A stretch of DNA of 43,438 nucleotides, taken from Tubiluchus corallicola (lineage: Eukaryota; Animalia; Priapulida). Position numbers and translations under genes: made by a program. Of the stretch, positions 1-9,947 are shown piece after piece; position 1 is the stretch's first letter; every line of letters begins with the position of its first letter. Under the pieces are notes generated by a model that saw only the letters and a program-made list of their open reading frames with translations, was not told the origin of the DNA and ran no database searches. The stretch is taken from assembly GCA_030141605.1 (NCBI GenBank), contig JAQGDQ010001383.1:1-43438 (forward strand), in the 5' to 3' direction.

Positions 1-479
1 GTCCACATCACTGTGCGATGAAATGTACACCCAATGCGTAATTCTACGGAACTTCGAGTTCTGATGCAAAATACTTTCACCTGCACATGCGCTAGAATAA
101 ATTTTCACATCCTTAAATCTAATTTCCTCTCTGAGAATGTGTGCTGTTTTCCTAGATTTAAACCCGCCAAATTCTTAGCACTACCTTAATAATCTTTTTC
201 CCATTGGTACATTAAGTGCATATGACATGCCGGAAATTTTCAAATAACTTTCAAAAACTTTAAATTAAGTTTTGTTGGCTGCAGGAAACTGTGTTTAATC
301 AGATGCCGTGACGACGTCCTAGCTTCCGTCAAAATCAATTAGACTACAGTATTACGCAACACACCTCAACACACGTGGAAAGATTTACGAGTACCAACAG
401 GATAGGGCTACTAAACAGATATTTACCCTACCCTGGGTAAGGGTAAATGGAAGTCACGTGAGACCGTCACATGTTATAG

Positions 480-780
480 GTCGCATGCAATAGACTGGCG
501 GTTCGAATCTCACTTAAGGAAAACTTTCATTTAGTTAGGGTTAGCAGCCAGTGATAGGGATGAACATTATTTGGTGAAGTGCAGTTAACAACTAGTGTTA
601 GGGTTGACCGTCACTTGGAGGAGTTCCATTATTTGGATGGCTGAGTTAGGGATAGCAGCTAGAGTAAAATTTAGGGTTAGGTTTGGACATTATTTGGGCA
701 GTTCCATTATCTGGAGGTTGTTAGGGTTAGGAATTGAGTCGCCCCATTAATTTGAAAGGTTTAGGGTCCCTAAACCACAC
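480..780 (+). repeat. Dispersed repeat, copy 1: tRNA B-box-like head followed by degenerate TTAGGG-containing units (SINE-like or non-autonomous element)
   Basis: GGTTCGAATC at 500-509, then TCACTTAAGG...CTTTCAT...AGTTAGGGTTA and several TTAGGG(TTAG) motifs alternating with CATTATTTGG-like motifs. The same order of motifs recurs inverted at about 5630-5800. Boundaries are approximate. Confidence 0.6.
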
Positions 781-1293
781 AGTGTTCCTCAGCTCGTTTA
801 TAGGGCGTTTGTGTCTGCCTTTAATGACTTTGAGAATCAGAGTAGGTTGCCCATAAAGATGGCGTCAAATACACTTAACCTTTGACCTACAACATCTGTG
901 CGTGCGCACAATGAAACAGCAAAAGTATTATTAGCATGACGTGCGTGATTATTTTGCCATAAAAATATATCTAAGAAATTTTGCACGAAAACGTCCAAAA
1001 AATGATAGAGTTGGTTTTCACTTCATTTTGATGTAACTGATGGACTTTGATTTTTCGTAAGCGCATCCTGGCCAGCGGTAAGTGCATGTTAGATTATGAA
1101 CGCTCATAATGAGAGAGAGCCCAAACAGGCAATGATCGTGAATTTAAAAGATCTTACTAACTGCAAGAGGCGCTTTAATTACATTTTATTGCACTTTAAT
1201 TACCGAATCTTTTTAATACTTTTCGCAAACATTAAAATAAGCTTAACATTCTAAGAGCGTGCAAATCAGCTGGTTTAGTTTGCAGTTTTACAA

Positions 1294-1299
1294 TTTATT
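1294..1299 (-). terminator. Candidate polyadenylation signal (AATAAA) of the intronless GT8 gene
   Basis: TTTATT on the plus strand, about 250 nt downstream of the stop at 1550. Weak evidence in AT-rich DNA. Confidence 0.35.
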
Positions 1300-1549
1300 A
1301 CAATACAATACAAAAAACTACGCAGACTACACAGACAGGAAACCCGTACATGAGGTTTATATGCTCTTCATATACATCAATTGGGACTAAATATTTTAAA
1401 ACGAAATATTTTACTCTAACTTGTTAAATGTAATAAATCCATTATGACTGGCAACCAGCTTGTTAGAAAATGTGTTAGTAAAAAACACCATAAATGCAAG
1501 AATAAACACCATCATTCTGTAAATTAAAAGGCAGCCTTTATAGGAAAAG

Positions 1550-2761
1550 TTAACTCGTACTTTCACGGATTCCACGGATTAAATAATCCACGACCAACAG
1601 ACACTGATCTAAATCACGCTCTGCTGGCGTGCCTGGATTACTCCGAAGATATTCAAGTTTTTTCAAGACTGAGTTTTTTGTGTCATCTATATCAAGTTTC
1701 ATAAACATGTTGAAGATTTGCACGTATAACCAGCGACAAGCAAAATGATTACCAGCATAGTCTGTTAAGTTATACACTGGTTCCCAATGAAAAGCGGCCC
1801 CTGCTCCGTGAAAAATGCCAATTCCACGATTCTTAACGTCCTCACAAAAACCTAGTGTGACATACGTCCAGATAAGATTCCATCCACCTGGAAGAAAGTA
1901 CAATCTCTCGGGGTTTTCTTCGAAGTACACATCACACGTATTTTGATCAACTAAGCAGAAACGAAACGTTTTTCCTTTCCCACAGTCACTCTTGTATTTT
2001 TTGAAGAACTTTATTATTTCGCTTTGCCAATTGGAATTGCGAATTTTCTCCAAATTCATTAAAACTACGCCAGAGTTCACACCCATCCACCATTCTTTCA
2101 TCAGCGTTGGTGGATCACTTGTGACATTAACCGTTTTATCTGTCTGAAGCTGTGTGGACCTGCTAAGCAAATAATTCCAATGTGTGCCTGGAAAGTCAAA
2201 AGCAAGAGCCATCATTTGGTCGTCAGTCATGTTCTCGAAGTGAAGCCACAGTTCTTCAAGTGGTTTGGTAAAAATTACATCCATGTCTAGCTTTAGAACT
2301 TGCCTAATGTTTGGCAGGACTTTGTGGAGAAACATCCAGGCTGTGGTTCCAGGCTTCCCTGCAGACAACCAACTCTCTTCTGTCGGATACCACGGTTTGT
2401 GGAACGTCACATCAAAGGATTTCACAATTTTCCAGAATTTAAATATTGAAGACAATTTCTTTTGCATGTAAGCGTTATCAACTATAACATGAAAATGAAT
2501 AAAGCGTGATGTCATCATAAGAGCAGATTTTAAAAGGACTTCTGCTTCTAGGATTAATTTCTGCTTATTTCCATATGCGGTGAGAGCAACATGGATTGTT
2601 GTGGGCTTTTGCTGCAAGCTCAAGGTTTCACGTTTTACAGAATCCACTGTTAGGTATATTTTGGTGTCAAACACGTAAGTGAGACAAAAAATAACACTAA
2701 ACAAAACCGCAATAATTCCCACATAATGGCATTTTCTCGATCTAACTGCATTTTTCAACAT
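1550..2761 (-). CDS. Intronless GT8-family glycosyltransferase, GXYLT/shams-like, type II membrane protein, 403 aa from the first ATG
   Basis: Uninterrupted ORF with a basic N-tail and hydrophobic anchor (YVGIIAVLFSVIFCLTYVF). GXYLT-type motifs occur in order: LLKSALM..FHFHVI, DxD (VLKLDMDVIF), LEELW, GVNSGVVLMNL, DQ, ENPERLYFLPGGWN, GIGIFHG. The ORF-track start at 2788 is GTG; the first ATG is at 2761-2759. Confidence 0.92.
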   Translation of the reverse strand: MLKNAVRSRKCHYVGIIAVLFSVIFCLTYVFDTKIYLTVDSVKRETLSLQQKPTTIHVALTAYGNKQKLILEAEVLLKSALMMTSRFIHFHVIVDNAYMQKKLSSIFKFWKIVKSFDVTFHKPWYPTEESWLSAGKPGTTAWMFLHKVLPNIRQVLKLDMDVIFTKPLEELWLHFENMTDDQMMALAFDFPGTHWNYLLSRSTQLQTDKTVNVTSDPPTLMKEWWMGVNSGVVLMNLEKIRNSNWQSEIIKFFKKYKSDCGKGKTFRFCLVDQNTCDVYFEENPERLYFLPGGWNLIWTYVTLGFCEDVKNRGIGIFHGAGAAFHWEPVYNLTDYAGNHFACRWLYVQIFNMFMKLDIDDTKNSVLKKLEYLRSNPGTPAERDLDQCLLVVDYLIRGIRESTS

Positions 2762-3175
2762 TTTGTATGATATCTTTCGTGCGACCACTAGTATTAACTA
2801 AGTTGGGATGTGAAAATACATAGCGCATTTCCCACAAAGTTAATTCTCGTCACGCTACTAGGCCCATTATAGTTTATGCTCGCACCTGTGGGTCGCTTGT
2901 CTTTTTCCACACACAACCTTGATCAATTCTTCAATTAATCGAATGACTCATTCACACTCCTGAATGCTTAAAGACATTTGATTTTGCATCAGATCATTTG
3001 CCCGACTCCGAGAGCTTAGGTCAAGTTGATAGGGCTATGACAATGTCCCACACAACTGAAACCACGAGATATTGCGTTGTGATTATAAATCTTTGTCTCT
3101 CGAGTCATCAAGCTGGCTCCCGCAATAAGACTTTCAGTGAGAATACACCAAGTTTTTTTAAGCAATTTAGTGTCT

Positions 3176-3690
3176 TAACGAATATGTGCTTTAGAAACTC
3201 TTTGAACATTAAAGCAACTCGATATATAATTTAAATTGATGAAAGATTTATTATAACCACGTTTACAATTTAGATCAGTGTTATACGATACTTTACAAAG
3301 CTTTACTTATGCGCTGGTGGGCGCTTACAATTAAACGGTTAATTCCGAAGAAATAATCCTGATCATCAATTGAGTTACAAGTTGCAATGTTTGCACTAAT
3401 GGTGCCAAAGTTGCTAAGTTATTACAATCAAAATATGTAGTTACAGAAACAGAGAATAACAATAAAACCATCTAACTTGTGGCCTGGCCAACCTAACAAT
3501 CGTTATTGGCCAGATCCTAACTCCTGAACCAGACTCTCAGCATTAGAGATTTGTCTTCTCAGAAGATGGCCTCGCAGTCTGATCGGTAACGCACTCCTCT
3601 GCAATTCAGCACCCACTCTCTCTGTCTTTGTGTGTGTGTGTTCGAACTCTGAACTCTCACTCTCCTTATGAAGCGAAAGTCATTAAGCTT
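3176..3690 (-). mobile_element. LTR-like dispersed repeat, copy 1 (homologous to 28873-29430)
   Basis: Shares collinear blocks with the 29 kb copy: TAACGA.TATG.GC at the start, CTTATGCGCTG.TGGGCGCTTACAATTA, CCAACCTAACAATCGTTATTGGCCAGA, GAACTCTGAACT.TCACTC, AAGCGAAAG. LTR identity and orientation are inferred from the TGTAACG terminus of copy 2. Confidence 0.65.
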
Positions 3691-3700
3691 GAGATTGCGC

Positions 3701-3796
3701 CGAGGTCACCCGATATTGCACTATCGAGGTCACCCGATATTGCACCATCGAGGTCACCCGATATTGAACCATCGAGGTCACCCGATATTGCACCAT
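3701..3796. repeat. 24-bp tandem repeat, 4 copies
   Basis: Unit CGAGGTCACCCGATATTGCACCAT, near-perfect copies with no spacers. Confidence 0.95.
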
Positions 3797-4635
3797 CTGA
3801 CCTCCTGCAGATGACATCCGTGACACTCCAGGTAATTTAAATTACTGGAGGTCGCAACTCTATTGCCTTGGACCTTGAAATATCGCCTGGGAGGTCAAAT
3901 TAACCATCAGTAAATGACTTGTACTACTGTTATTGGCAGGTGTTGACAATTGAGCATTGGAAAGTTTTAGTTGTTTTTTTAAAAGGGAAAATTTTAACCT
4001 TCTGTAACCTTCGCGTAAGTTGCCACGCCCACACAAATCTCTCAACCAATGAGAAATGTATTACTTTACTAGCACGCGTCTTCTGGCCTGCAATGTGGAT
4101 CCGGGTTGAGCTAATCTTCTGAGTACGTTGTGATGTTCTTTCAACACTTTTATCTGTTTCGGTTTCAATTTCACGTTTCTGCGTCGTTTCAAGAGTTTCA
4201 AGAGTTTATTCATTTCCACATTGCATCTTACAATTATCATTAAAATACAGATAATTATCCATTTAAGTAAATATAAATATAAATATAAATAAATGCAGTA
4301 TTATCGAAAAATCACAAAATGCAGCATATACATGTGCAAATTACATTACAGAATAATTGTGATGCCTACAGTTTGAGCCTAAAAGCATAGCTTGGCAGGC
4401 CAAACTGTACGTGGAAATCTTAAAAAAAAGATTAGTAATTGAAATAATGAATAATGATAATATATACATTAAAGTGGGGGGGGGGGGATAGTGAATGATG
4501 AAATGGAGCGAGAACTAAGAAAAACTGTGATCATGATTATAAAGTGTTCGGTAACCTGTTGAGCATAGTCACGTTATATTAAAATTACTGTGGAAAAAGA
4601 ATGCAGGTGATTACCATTATCAAATAGTGTTACTC

Positions 4636-5270
4636 TTAATACTTTTGAAATATTTCTTTTCTGACGGTTTTTTTAAAAGTTGAAAGGGAGTGATTACATT
4701 TTGAATTGCGGCTTAGTCTGTTCCGTAGGACTGGTCCCATATAGCTAATGAAATGTTTCGCCATATTTGTTCTACAACGTCTTTGTGTATATTCATTATG
4801 TCTGGTATTGTATTTTTTTACATTTATCTTGACTGGATTTTCAAAAAAAGTTGGAAATAAGTTGTTGTTGGTTCTATACATGTATATACATCCAGAAGTA
4901 ATATTTGACATTGCTTAAAATGTGTAGTAGTAATTGTGCTCCTTTTGTCTAGTTTGAATATGACACGTAAAACTCTTGTAAAGCCCCATGTTGTGCAGTA
5001 ATTTAAATATGATAATATTAAACTGTTGTATAATGTTAGAAGATGTTCGGTGTTCAGAAAGTTTTTAATATATGAGATGATACCTATATTTTTTGATATT
5101 TTCAATCTGATCATGAATATATGTGGTCGCCAGTCTAGATGCTCATTCAGTATTAATCCTAGAAATTTCAGTTCTTTTACACGTGTAATTCTTTTATGGT
5201 CTATTATTAAATCGTGGTTCGCCTGAATTGGTTTATTTCGGGATCTAAACAGAATGTATTTTGCTTATCT
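4636..5270 (-). mobile_element. Degenerate non-LTR retrotransposon (CR1/L2/Crack group), ORF2 C-terminal fragment
   Basis: Minus strand reads ITRVKELKFLGLILNEHLDWRPHI..KISKNIGII..LLTLYNSLILSYLNYC..WG, then HFISYMGPVLRNRL..FKK. This is the typical post-RT region, and it is frameshifted. Confidence 0.85.
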
Positions 5271-5629
5271 CATTTTTGGGGAAGAAAGACCATCTGCAGC
5301 ACTTTGTGTGGAAATATAGCACTTCTCATGTGAATGCTGTAGTCCTTTTTTTGTCGCAAATCGTCAATATTTTAAATATTTATTCATTTCCAAACAAATA
5401 AAACTGTACTTATTCTACATTTAACACCTGAACTTATCTCAACAAATTAGGGTTAGGGTTATTACTACTTTATACAAAGGAGTGAAAAATTAATTAACCA
5501 ATCCAGAGCGGAAATAACGTAAACTGCACAGAGAATGGAAATAATGCTAAAGAGCACAGAGATGTAAATAAACTACAAAAGAATAAAAAAGAACATAAAA
5601 AATTAAATAAAAGCACACACAGAGAGATG

Positions 5630-5800
5630 GAAATAACCTTAACCATAGACAAAAATAACCCTAAACCTAGCTCTAGCTGTAAACCTAGATATAACCCAAA
5701 TTTAGTAACCCTAACTTCTTGATATGAAAGCTCCCTTAATTGGGATTCGAACCAGCGACCACCTAGCTCTGACCCTAGGGGAAAATAACCCAAGCCTGCG
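5630..5800 (-). repeat. Dispersed repeat, copy 2 of the B-box/TTAGGG element
   Basis: Minus strand GGTTCGAATCCCAATTAAGGGAGCTTTCAT...AGTTAGGGTTA...CAGCTAGAG...TTTAGGGTTA matches 500-680. The B-box-like motif is at 5744-5753. Confidence 0.6.
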
Positions 5801-5990
5801 GGGTCGTAGCACCACCCAGAGTCACAACATTTTCCTACTTAAATTAATGACCGGTGCAAACGGAAAATATTGAAGGTTAGAAATCAGATTCTTTTAAATG
5901 CCAAACTAGAAAGATAAGTACGTGAAAACATGTTCATGTGTTATAGTTAACTCGTATTATTCTATATTTAAATGACTATTAAGAATGTTT

Positions 5991-6007
5991 GCACTAGGTG
6001 GCAGCAC
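5991..6007 (+). promoter_or_regulatory. CTCF-like motif between the UGM and GT8 genes
   Basis: GCACTAGGTGGCAGCAC resembles the CTCF core consensus. Motif match only. Confidence 0.3.
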
Positions 6008-6508
6008 AACTGTCTTTTAAAGTGTGGTTCGGACGCTTAAATGAAGTTTCGATGACAAATGCCTAACTGACCTATCTAACCTAGAGTATCATAATTCTAG
6101 ACGGACAAAAATTTAAACAAGATATTAACATATTACAGCGGGGCAATATCTAAATGATGATGAACAAGTTAGTGCTTTCTTGCTGAGGTTCTGAATTTTT
6201 TTTAAAGTACAACAAACGAAAATTCTTTTACTTTTATCAGATATACAGTGAAAACGCTGTTGCAGTGCAACATAAGAGTTTTGTCATGAGCGCGATAAAC
6301 CAGGACACTAAAATATTTTTGTTAGGTTCTTCATTTTGTAATTTTACTCATTATTTTCTGATTTATCGGTTATTAATTGTCAGACAATATGTCATTATGA
6401 ATATTTGATATCACAATGAACTCAGTCATAAACGAATCCTGACCACATTTGAGCTCAGACAAAAACGCGAAATTGAATAGGAACAAATATATTTCAGTAA
6501 CAAAAAAT

Positions 6509-7917
6509 CTACTTTCCAGGTTTTTTAGAAAACCCTGTAGTGTTAAACTTGCCATTGACCAGATGAGGGTGAAAATATGTTTCCTCCTCCAGTCCCAAGA
6601 CGATATTATTCACTGCTTCGACTCCTTGCATCATGCTATGATCTTGGTTCCCCACCTCGTATTTCCAGCCGCCAAAACGTCCCCGAGAGTAAATTCCCAT
6701 TTTTTTCAGAAGTGGCTGGATGGTGTCCAAAAATTTTGTGCGTGTAAGAAATGGTGTTAGATAGCCGTACTCCAGTCGTTTGTGCCACTTGCTGATAATA
6801 TTGTCGTTTGGGGATATTAGTCCTACATTTATGGCTCCATCTATTGCCGCTTGTACAATGTCACAGCGAACAGGCTTGACTTCTGTTTCACATATTTCAA
6901 ACAATAAAGACCATTGTTCCCCTGGTTTTGGCACCGTATGTGGAGAATAGTTGGACAAAATTGTCACCCTGTAAAACTCACAGTTATCTTCAGGAAAATA
7001 AAGCCAGCTGTGGTTTGGTACCTTCTCCTCTAGACCTAGTCCCACAATGTGGGTTGACGAATGCCATGGAATGTCCTTTTGCTCTTTCAGAACTGGTAGG
7101 TATTGACTGTCTCCTAGAAGTTTATCTGTTAATAAGTCCAGTGGCATTGTGTTGATTATATAATCGTAGGGCATTTCTTCACCTGATTTCATTGTTATAC
7201 GTTCGTTTTCAACATCAATAACATGAACTTCCTCGTTTAACCAACGGTTGTCATCAGGAAGAGAATTGTAAACTTGCTGCCATATTGCTCCAATCCCCCA
7301 AACAGCGGAAACCGAAATGTTACATTCGGACCCCAAGAAGCATCCTCTTTTCGATCACTGATGTTCTGGAGGATTGATTTCACGTCAATCGTAGCCACCC
7401 GCTCCCCGACCCAGTCTGCCGTCATCGCAGTAGGTCTGTAGCCCCAAACTTTGTAATTGTATGGATTCAAAAATATTTTGGCTAAGCCGTAACCGAAATT
7501 CTTGTCTATCCAATCTTGAAACGTGGCAGGTTTAGGGCTGCGATCTCGGTTGGCTTGTGCAGAGACTATGCCCTGTAAACAGTCGTTTAAATCCTGTTCT
7601 GGTAAGTAATGAATGTTTTTTTGAAAGGGGTAGGGAACAAACTTGTTCCTGCACCAAATGTAACATTCACGTTTATGAAGCAGCCAATCAGAGACGAACG
7701 TATCTAGGACGTCATTGAAGTACTGATAGTGTGAATAAATCACGTGACAGCCCATGTCCCAAACAAACCCATTTTGGTCGACTACTGAGGTAGCCAAGCC
7801 GCCAGCTCGATCACCTTGTTCCAAGATGACCCAGTCAGGATGATCCAGCTCCTGGAGTTTGATTCCAGCACCTATGCCAGTTGGACCTGCACCGATCACT
7901 ACAATCCTCTCGTCCAT
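6509..7917 (-). pseudogene. glf: Eukaryotic-type UDP-galactopyranose mutase (UGM), full length and intronless, interrupted by a 1-nt frameshift (469 aa if repaired); pseudogene, sequencing error or recoded gene
   Basis: Joining ORFs 7237-7917 and 6509-7336 at the G5 run (plus-strand C5, 7295-7299) gives GAGPTG (FAD binding), D.NGF.WDMGCHVIYSHYQYF (His loop), VPYPFQ, PYNYKVW, WVGERVA, WGPN.TFRFP.FGG-IGAIW, WLYFPED, FYR.T.LSNYS, SKWH.RLEYGY, YSRGRFGGWKYEVGNQDHSMMQGVEA. These are the motifs of trypanosomatid, fungal and nematode UGM. The span of 1409 nt is 470 codons minus one base. Confidence 0.9.
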
Positions 7918-7935
7918 TCTGCGTCAGACGAAAAG

Positions 7936-7958
7936 CTGCCAAATAGAAAAGAGAAACC
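7936..7958 (-). promoter_or_regulatory. 3' splice-acceptor-like site 18 nt upstream of the UGM ATG (5' UTR intron or trans-splice site)
   Basis: Minus strand GGTTTCTCTTTTCTATTTGGCAG|CTTTTCGTCTGACGCAGA-ATG: a polypyrimidine tract ending in CAG. Confidence 0.5.
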
Positions 7959-8224
7959 TTTTTTCTGAGTTTGTTTAAATTTACTCACTACAGTTTCTTA
8001 TAAATACTGTGCTTATGTGTAACATCGCTAAAGAAACCTATGTTCAGCATTATTTTAAATGTAGCATTTTTTCATTAATTATTTATTGATACCCAATTCT
8101 CGCCTTCACTAATTTCGGATTGTATTTGTATTGTTGACTATAATAATCCTAACTTCTGTAAACGTCAGCTTCCGTGTGCTCTTCGATAATGAAATAATTA
8201 CATTCTGCGGACACGTTTCAGATA

Positions 8225-8330
8225 ATCCAGGTAAAAAAGTCAAGTGAAAAAATTATAAAAAAGTCACAGGAAAAAACGAACGGAAAAACAAATAATCCCA
8301 GCCAAAATTGTGACTTTTCCGTGACTTTTA
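8225..8330. repeat. Short element with direct and inverted AAAAGTCAC / GTGACTTTT motifs (MITE-like remnant)
   Basis: AAAAAAGTCA twice, followed by GTGACTTTT twice. Confidence 0.4.
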
Positions 8331-9592
8331 TGAACAGTGTCTGACTTGTTATATCATTCGATTATCTATAATGAGTTTATCTCGCTTTCGCTCAGGTTAA
8401 GCTATATACAGAAAGAAATCCCTCGTTCATAAGATTTTCAATCTCCTTACCAGACAATTTTAGCAACAACATTCATCTTGAGGAAAACTCTTACGCAGTA
8501 ACGTATATTTTTTGCAGATATTACAAATAGTGTGCAGAAAATAAATGCTATAGCTTATATTTTTAGCTACATGAAGTAAATTTAGCGCGCGGTAATCTAT
8601 GTCCGACAGCACGCTTTCGTAAATTCTTGTTTTTGAGAATGCAGAAAAGTTTATTACCTCTTCATATTTAGTTTTCTACTGTTCTGACTCAAAGTCATCT
8701 ATTATCAATTTATGCCCACGAATCAAGAAATGGGTGGCACTCTCCCCATGTACAGAAAGAAAACAGAAAGAATAGACAAAAACTGACAAAACTGAAACCC
8801 CGAGAAGGAAAACGCTTTTTTTCAGTATTTGCATGTGGTATTGCCGCCATTCACAGCTTTGACATCATACAATCACTGAAATTTCTCAGAGAGGCTACAT
8901 GGCGTCAAGTTTCTTCAAAATTTATTTTTAATTTTTGGGAACAACAGTAAAATAATCACAATTTTATAAATTATAAATACAATAAATTATAATGTTGCTA
9001 ACGGTAGAAAAATGTAGGAAATAAATGTCATACATTTTATGTCAACCTCTGATATTTTTTTAAGTTCAAAAGGTTTGGCATTTCCCGACACTCAATAGTG
9101 CAGAAGGTGTGTAGTACAGGTTCAACAGCCACATGTAATAAATAACATAAATCTCATTTTAATTATTTGTTAAGTATAAAAAATACTTGAATCTGCACAT
9201 TGTTGCAATGTTTTTAAGTTTCTAACTGAAGTGTTATTTAATTTTTAATTGTGTATTTTTGTCAGCAACTCAATTCTTGAGGTAGCAATTACATATTACT
9301 TTTCCACTTTCTTTATTGTTGGATTTAATTAGTAAAAGCACAAATTGCTGCGAAAAAACAAAAAAGTTAAACCTGAGTCAGAGTCTGAGCCTGTTTCGTG
9401 GCGCAGTTCTATGCAAGTCTAATTCTGGCTACATTCGTCGTAAGTTATCCGAAACACTAATGGAACACTAACGTTAATAACAAAAAAATGTCCATTATTA
9501 GCTTTGGTAAAGAGAAATTAAATAGACCCAAAATAGCACCGTGACATTAAATGGCTAGCTAAGTTATCTAAGAGCCTAGAGAACAGGCAAAT

Positions 9593-9875
9593 TTACAGAT
9601 TTAACTTTCTTACTGAGTTCAACAGAAACTCCACAGGAGGTACAAAAGATCCAATTTCATCTAAAGAGTCAACAGCAGGATTGACAAGATCAGCCACAGT
9701 ATATGAAGGAACTTTATAGAGGCCTGCAAAGGTAACCGTTGGAAGTTCGTAGAGTAACAGAACGTACCATACCGTCTTTGCCATAGTGCATTTCAGTCCC
9801 CCTCACCAAAGGCCACTTCATGCGTAGAATATTGTCTTCATGAATGAGTACAACAAAACCTAAGTTAAATCCTCC
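9593..9875 (-). mobile_element. BEL/Pao LTR retrotransposon, integrase C-terminal fragment
   Basis: A minus-strand frame not in the ORF track reads GFVVLIHEDNILRMKWPLVRGTEMHYGKDGMVRSVTLRTSNGYLCRPL, matching the BEL/Pao WPLGRV..G.DG.VR..RP tail. Confidence 0.8.
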
Positions 9876-9947
9876 TTTTGTTGTTTACAGAGCTTGAAAA
9901 GCAATTTGTACTGGCATCTTTTTCCCCAAAATTATTGGTCTTAGTGT

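Noticed and set aside
470-530. tRNA gene suggested by GGTTCGAATC (also near 5744, 26518 and 29034)
   Set aside because: Only the B-box/T-loop is visible; I could not build a cloverleaf or acceptor stem.
530-770. True telomere or chromosome-fusion scar
   Set aside because: The TTAGGG motifs are isolated and interspersed, and they belong to a dispersed repeat with a second copy in the window.
2762-2788. GTG start of the 412-aa ORF
   Set aside because: This comes from allowing alternative start codons; an in-frame ATG at 2761 precedes the transmembrane anchor.
6449-7155. Antisense ORFs over the UGM copies and GT8 (2265-2471, 6449-6760, 6928-7155, 13466-13705)
   Set aside because: These are shadow ORFs of real coding sequence with no independent motifs.
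7265-7330. A small intron that would repair the UGM frameshift
   Set aside because: The nearby GT-AG pairs I checked in both copies (16, 25, 27, 31 and 36 nt) do not restore the frame, and they would delete the conserved FP..GG.G segment.
6509-7917. Two separate genes, or a protoporphyrinogen/amine oxidase
   Set aside because: The two ORFs are consecutive halves of one protein, and UGM-specific motifs (H.I.SHY.YF, YEVGNQDHS, WGPN.TFRFP) are present.
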